Source of the DNA: Eledone cirrhosa
Lineage: Eukaryota
Assembly (NCBI GenBank): GCA_964016885.1
Contig: OZ024742.1
Location: 155,744,001-155,808,000 of the forward strand
Direction of reading: 5' to 3'
DNA length: 64,000 nt
Position numbers and translations under genes: made by a program. The notes under the pieces are model-generated. The model had not been told where the DNA came from and searched no databases. It saw nothing but the letters and a program-made list of their open reading frames with translations. Shown here piece by piece: positions 57,690 through 64,000 of the stretch. Position 1 is the stretch's first letter, and every line of letters starts with the position of its first letter.

Positions 57690-60600
57690 GAGGAGGTATT
57701 ATGAAAGAAAAATGGGAAAGAGAATGAAAATAACTTTTACAAAACTAGCTAGAAGAGATTTTGCAGAGCAACATAAAAGAAGCCTCTTCTACCGTTAATC
57801 TCACTGTTAATGTATTTCATCCAATAACCAAATATTGGCCGTTATATTACAGTAGCAGAAAACCTCCCTTCGGGTGATTTTCTGCTAGGAAGTATTGTGT
57901 TCACATTTATATTATACGCATTTATATATGCATCTAGATATGATACGTCAAATGAAATCATAATTGATCATAAGTACAGAAATTGAAGAGAGACTGTATT
58001 ACACTCTCTTCTGTAATCAGTAAAGTAATCCATGATACATTTAAAAAAAGACGATATCATATATAAACTGGATTACGTCAAAATGTTATGAAAACAAAAA
58101 AGGAGAAAATTAGTGACAGGAATATAAACGTTATGAAACAAATATTTAAACTTTTATATAAGCGATGTCATATAGCATCCGTTATATCATAACCCGAATT
58201 ATGGACATTTTAAAATTTAAAAAGAAATGAATCTTCCAATAAGCAATTATTATATATAAGAACATTTATGTTTAATCAACAGCTACGAAATTTACTAGAT
58301 GCAAGGCGTAATATTCATTCATGATTTATTCAAAGTAATCCAACTTATTTTAATAACCTGTTCAGAAACAATATACCTGATAGTCCCGCAGTATTCCCAT
58401 CATTATGTATTAGATAGCATGGACAATATCCAAACCTTTGGAATCGTCTTTCTCTTGAGTATAAATATTCACATATTTGCCTGATCTACACACGTTTGGA
58501 AATCTACAATATTCGGGAAAGATAATACACCGTTGTTCCAATCCCCATCATGTAGATATTTAATTATACTTCCAAAGAAGCCACCTGACGAATTGTAAGA
58601 TCTTGGATATTGGCCGTTTTATATAATAGACTGGCCAATATTTGCTTATCGGATAAATCTGCTGTAATGGCGAGATTAACGTTGGAGCGGGCTTATTTTA
58701 GATTGCTCTGCTAAGAGTCTCCCCAAGTTAACTTTTTGGAAGTTATTCTATATAAGTGTATGTTTCCAGAAGGGACATTTAGCTATATTTTATTAGGGTT
58801 TTCAGTACAACATTGGCAAATAACCTTATGTTTGATAAATATACAATAATATATCATATATACACAATAATATATCAATTAATATTGCCTAAACAAAATT
58901 AATATGATACCAAATTATATACATATAATTATAAAGGCATAAGTAAAGCGGGAAATTAATCGATGAAGATTCTTGAAAATGGTAAAGAACGATTTCTCAA
59001 CACTTTACATCTGTTTCAGACCGACAATAAATAATTCCAAATACCATTATTAGGTAAAATAAAGTACCAGTAATGCACTGGGTAATTTGCTGGCCTTGTG
59101 CCTAAAGTAGAAACAATTATTAGGTAACAGGCACCGTTAACTCACTGGTCAAATCATCAGTTCCCCCATTGGCCATGCATTCAACGCCAGCTGTGAACGC
59201 ACGTCTAGGTGCCGCTCTTCTTTGCTCAGGTGGCATTTTCAACCCACTGATTCAACCAGGAGTTTAACCAGACAGCCGTTCCCACAAAGTGCTGCTATTG
59301 CAGGTAACATTTAATAGCTCAAGCAGAAACTGTCGAGCTGAAGGGTCTCCAATCCATTTCAACATTGTTGGATCGCTCATGGAGTTCTCTGCAATTGCAT
59401 GCATTAATATCTGCATTTCTATACCTGACACCATCGTCAGTCAGTGCTCTCCACTTTCCCTAATTTTGTTGGATTTTAGATTTTAATTTTCAAGTTGCAG
59501 ATAATTAGATAGCGGTCAGTTGATATGTCTACCCTTCTAGTAACACCAACATTTAGCACAGATTCCAAATGATTAGGTACAATAAAAATATTAATTACCT
59601 AACTCTGTCATTGATTTCCCTTCTACTATGTGTATTTAGGGATGTATTTTTGTTGGATCGTGTTCATAATACAGTGTCTGTTACTAAAACAGAAATCTAA
59701 TGATGTTTCTCCGTTAGCATTTAGATTAGGATCGGTGTTTATTCCACTCATTCATTTCTATGTCAGCTGATCAGTGGCAACATGTCCATTGAAGTCTATT
59801 ATTAAAATATATAACTCAGTTTTAACTATATCTAAAGCTACAGCATGTATACATACTTTCTGTTTGGTGCTTAAATTTGCACCTCCCACGGGGAATTTAT
59901 TTTATTGTCAGCTTCAAGAGACAAATCATCCCTCCCTGTGGGGCGCAGTTCATAATACATTATAACATTCTGAAGCTTGTGAGTATCCCCACTCCAACCT
60001 GTGCAGTCTTCTCTGGTAGCATACCTGATTGGTGGAGTATACATCTTCCATCCAAATTTAGAGAAACACATCCATGGAAGATGATTCAAGAAACTACGTG
60101 AAACCGGTAACATCTTACCTCCACCACTAATCATGTTTCATACCGGTAAGCGTTATAAAGTTCCGGTTACCTATTTAAAACATTTATTGTCGTATGGAAC
60201 CTCTTTGGTGACTCGCAACTTTTCATCATCCGTCGCAGGCTTCCCAGGAGAGTTTTCAGGCCGATCGCCAGCTTTTGTGACGTAGAATAAATACTGCGAT
60301 ACATTTTTCAAACAGGCCCCTCTACCTGAGGTCTGAATGCATCTCTTGTTATTCCACGAAAATGTCGATTCAGTAGGATTTATTTTATTGCATCCGTTCG
60401 TAATGCAGTTTTTTTTAATCTTATTTGTCAACAGTTTTAGAATGTTCTCACACCGGTGCATACAATGTATTATTTAAAGACGTCTTTTAGTTACTTTATC
60501 GTAGTTATATCGCTGGCTTATTAAAGTGTTCTTGATAGCTAACTGTGTCAAGCGTTGCTCCATTGTCCCTACCAGCTTCATGCTGTTTGGTCTGAGGTTG

Positions 60601-62051
60601 CGTATTAGTCTGACATGAACCTACTTACATCCCAACTAACCATCATATCTGCTAACTGTATCGCTATCCACCACCTGCGAAACACCTATAGTTCTTGATT
60701 CTAACAATAAGAAATAAATCATGGTTGTAGATATAAATAAACGCGTAAAATAGTGGAAAGGATGCATAATTCATTTTTATCAAAACAGGTTTGTGTCAGG
60801 AATTATATATATTCACCTTATTCATATGTGAACTCCGTCATTTATTGTTCAAAATGAAGGGTTAAAGAAATTTGAACATGTTTGATGTAGTTTTTTTTAA
60901 ATAAACGTGAACCTTTGTTTAAGTAGGATAATGATTGCTTGTATATTTGGAAAGATGCTTTATTTTTCAGACACATATTCATATATTAGAAGGAATTGTC
61001 AGACGCACAATCTTTTCTGATCGCCAACTTTGCAACCCATATTCAGAAATTTCAGCTATCCTTAACACTTATGTGTCAAAGTCAAAATGACCTTTATATT
61101 TCAAATATGAATAGACAATATATATTTTCTAAAACATTTATTAGAAACCCTTTCTGCTTCATTTAATTTGATTTCATTTACATGAAACATTTCATCATAA
61201 TTGTATATAAGTACATTTGATTCGGCGTATTCCAAACGCAAGTTTCCAAGTGTGGTAGTTAATTATATTACTAATTTCCTAGAATTTGTTGATTATTAAA
61301 ATGGTAGCTACACACTTGTTAATGTAACAGAAGAAACATATATTTTACATCGCGTGCTATATATAGCTGGTTTGCAGAAATGTCTTTTAAATATATACTC
61401 TATTTCAAATAAGATATTACAATATATTTATTGCTGGGTCTAAACGAATGGGGATGCTTCGTAAGTTTAAATTTGAAGGCTTTTGTTTTTCATTATTCTT
61501 ATACATGAATATCCCATTTAATTGTCAGATATAATATACCCCTGGGTATATTATCCAATATATAATTTGATTGTTGTATGAGGTTTCAACTGTATTGAAC
61601 TTCCTTAAATTCCCCCTTTATGGTGAACAATAATTTGCAATGTGGAATGTAAAGAAAGTACACGAACTAGAGTTCTTATCAGGAATATCTTTAGACAATT
61701 GAAATATATTATGTACATGAAATTGCATTATATTTATTACAAAATGTTTCTTGTACAACCTCTGGTTGGATGCCTCGCATTTTTTTATTCAGACTTAATG
61801 TCAGCATGAATGATATATATTATCTTACATATATTATGTATATACGAAGATAAATATTCGTTTGCTGTCGTATCAGCGTCTTAAAAATTAATGATATAAT
61901 GTAGAAATAGAGATCATTTTAGTATTTACAAGAACTCGTGACCCGTTGGGTCACGTTCGCTTCAACATATTTTGTTCAACATCATGTTCACTTAAAAATA
62001 ATTTTGAAATAATTAGAATATACACAAATATGAAATTAAATTGGAAGGAAA

Positions 62052-62085
<34 letters not shown>

Positions 62086-62094
62086 ATGTATATA

Positions 62095-64000
62095 TAAATA
62101 TTCCAATATACGTTAATAACATTACTAACAAAATTCCTAATAATCAGACTAAAACACCTAAATCAGTTAATCTAACTAAACCTATATATAATAAATTCAC
62201 TAATACTAACTCTCTTAGTAAACATCCCGATACATCGTATAAATATAAAAAAGCATCATCGAAACTGTAATAGACGATTTACTTGGTATAATGTTCCATT
62301 TAATCTACAACTTAAAGATAATATCCCAAAACATTGTTTTACTATCCTAGAGAAAAACTTCCCGCCAAACCATGAATACCATCAAATTTTAAATAGATCA
62401 ACTGTCACATTTTCCTACTCCACTACCAAAAATATACAAGAAAAAAATAAGTGCGTACAATGCATATAAATGTAAAAAACCCACGAATATACCACCAACA
62501 CATCAACCCAACCATAATACTAAAATAAACCGCAACAAAACACCATCACCTTCACATATAACAACTCAAGTAAATTCCACACCAAATTTGACTAACTCCC
62601 CTGATATAATATTCACGAATGGTTGTAACCGTAGAAACAAAAGAAATTGCCCATTAAAGGGAAATTATCTTATTAATAACATAGTATATACATGTAATAT
62701 TAGCACTAAGGATTCAACTTATTAATATATAGGAGCTACTTCTAACCAATTTAGAGTAAGATTTAATACCCACAAACATAGTTTTTAAAATGAGGCATTA
62801 GTTAATATAACATCCTTAGCTGAAACATTTAATAATTATAGAAAAAAGAATATCGATTACAACATGACCTGGGGTGTGCTCAAAAGGGCCACCTCTTATC
62901 AAAATAACAGATATGAGTGTAGATTATGCTCCCAGGAACGTTTTGAAATAATGAAATCTAAGGATATCCTATTATATAGGGGACAAGAATTAATTATATC
63001 TTGCAATCATAGAAATAGAAGAACTTTCAAATATTATAAACCTAATTAATATATACCTGACACTTATATTTTACCTATTATTATTATTAGTTTTTTTTTA
63101 ATTTAGTTAACCTATAATTAGTATTTTACTACAAAGAACTTCATAATTTTATTTTCCTTTTACAGCTCTATTTTCCTAAAATTAATACCTATAAGTAAAC
63201 ATATAATCTATTTTAATTTCCTATGTTGAATCTAGATTCATTGTAGTCTATATAAGTTTGGTATTTCTCACTAATACATTTATCCCAAAATTTTATTTTC
63301 CTTCGTTTTTAACACAACATTCTTTAATAACATCTAACCCTTATTTATCACATCCATATGAATTAATATAAATTTATCCGTATAGGTATACCTATCAATC
63401 AATTTAATGACTTGTTATATGTCTAAATTCCTTGTGTTTTAAATAAGATTGGTATTTCTCACTAACACATTTACTCTAAAATGTTATTCTCCTTCGTTTA
63501 ACATTAGCATTATTCTTTAATAACATCAAATGTTCGTGTACCTTTCACCAGCTTGACCTCTTTTCACCGCGAAAGTATTCTTTTCATTCAAAGTATTCTT
63601 TCCATTCAAAACTTAAGTCTGCATTCCTCTACCCCTAAATTAAATTTCTACTACTACTATTCTATCAACTTGACCACTTACTACTTTTCTATTGGTCAAT
63701 TCAAAACCTGTTCCCAAACAGACCTATTATATTAAATCTTTGTTTTTCTTTTTCAATAAACAAATATCATTATTTGTGAAGGTATGTATATTTCCTCTGA
63801 TAGTTTGTAATATTTTTACATAGATCTATATGATATACATACCAAAATACATATATATCCTAGAAACGATCGTAAAATGATGAATGTTTTAATATAGGGA
63901 ACTTCTTCTTTGTTTTTATTCATTGTTTTTATTAATTTAACTTGACTCTGTTTTCCTGTGATTTTCATCGAAACATTTTTGGATACATCTTCTCTTTTCA
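62095..64000 (+). mobile_element. Second GIY-YIG-only PLE-like element (decayed), runs to window end
   Basis: Same layout as 39678-43068; decayed HHR-like motif TTGTGAA(63774)...GAAACGATCGTA(63863). Confidence 0.65.
62270..63049 (+). pseudogene. GIY-YIG endonuclease pseudogene homologous to 41735-42530
   Basis: WYNVPFN...FTILEKNFPPNHEYHQI...FSYSTTKN...NCPLKGN...NIVYTC...YIGATSN.F..RFNTH...CRLCSQE...CNH; stops and a frameshift. Confidence 0.8.

Noticed and set aside
59130-60700. Somewhat more GC-rich unique sequence with short ORFs
   Set aside because: No recognisable domain or terminal structure; cannot assign without a search

Overview
AT-rich, microsatellite-dense eukaryotic DNA. The SINE-like repeats resemble those of octopus/cephalopod genomes (inference only). 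No host protein-coding gene could be supported; most ORF-track entries are (TA)n/(CA)n artefacts. The window is dominated by retroelements inserted in simple repeats. There are three degenerate Penelope-like elements (PLEs; RT plus GIY-YIG, each with a 5' inverted copy of its 3' end) and two GIY-YIG-only PLE-like elements with no visible RT. Also present are two L1/Tx1-like LINEs, RTE-like and R4/Dong-like fragments, a Helitron-like insert and tRNA-derived SINEs. The most notable layer is non-coding: more than a dozen distinct type I hammerhead ribozyme (HHR) motifs read by eye. They include U3-A8 core variants and a recurrent GCAA-for-GAAA variant. They sit in PLE termini, in many short fold-back elements inside (TA)n tracts, and in retrozyme-like direct repeats that would release about 316, 435 and 1272 nt RNAs. 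All coordinates and base-pairings were derived manually and are approximate.
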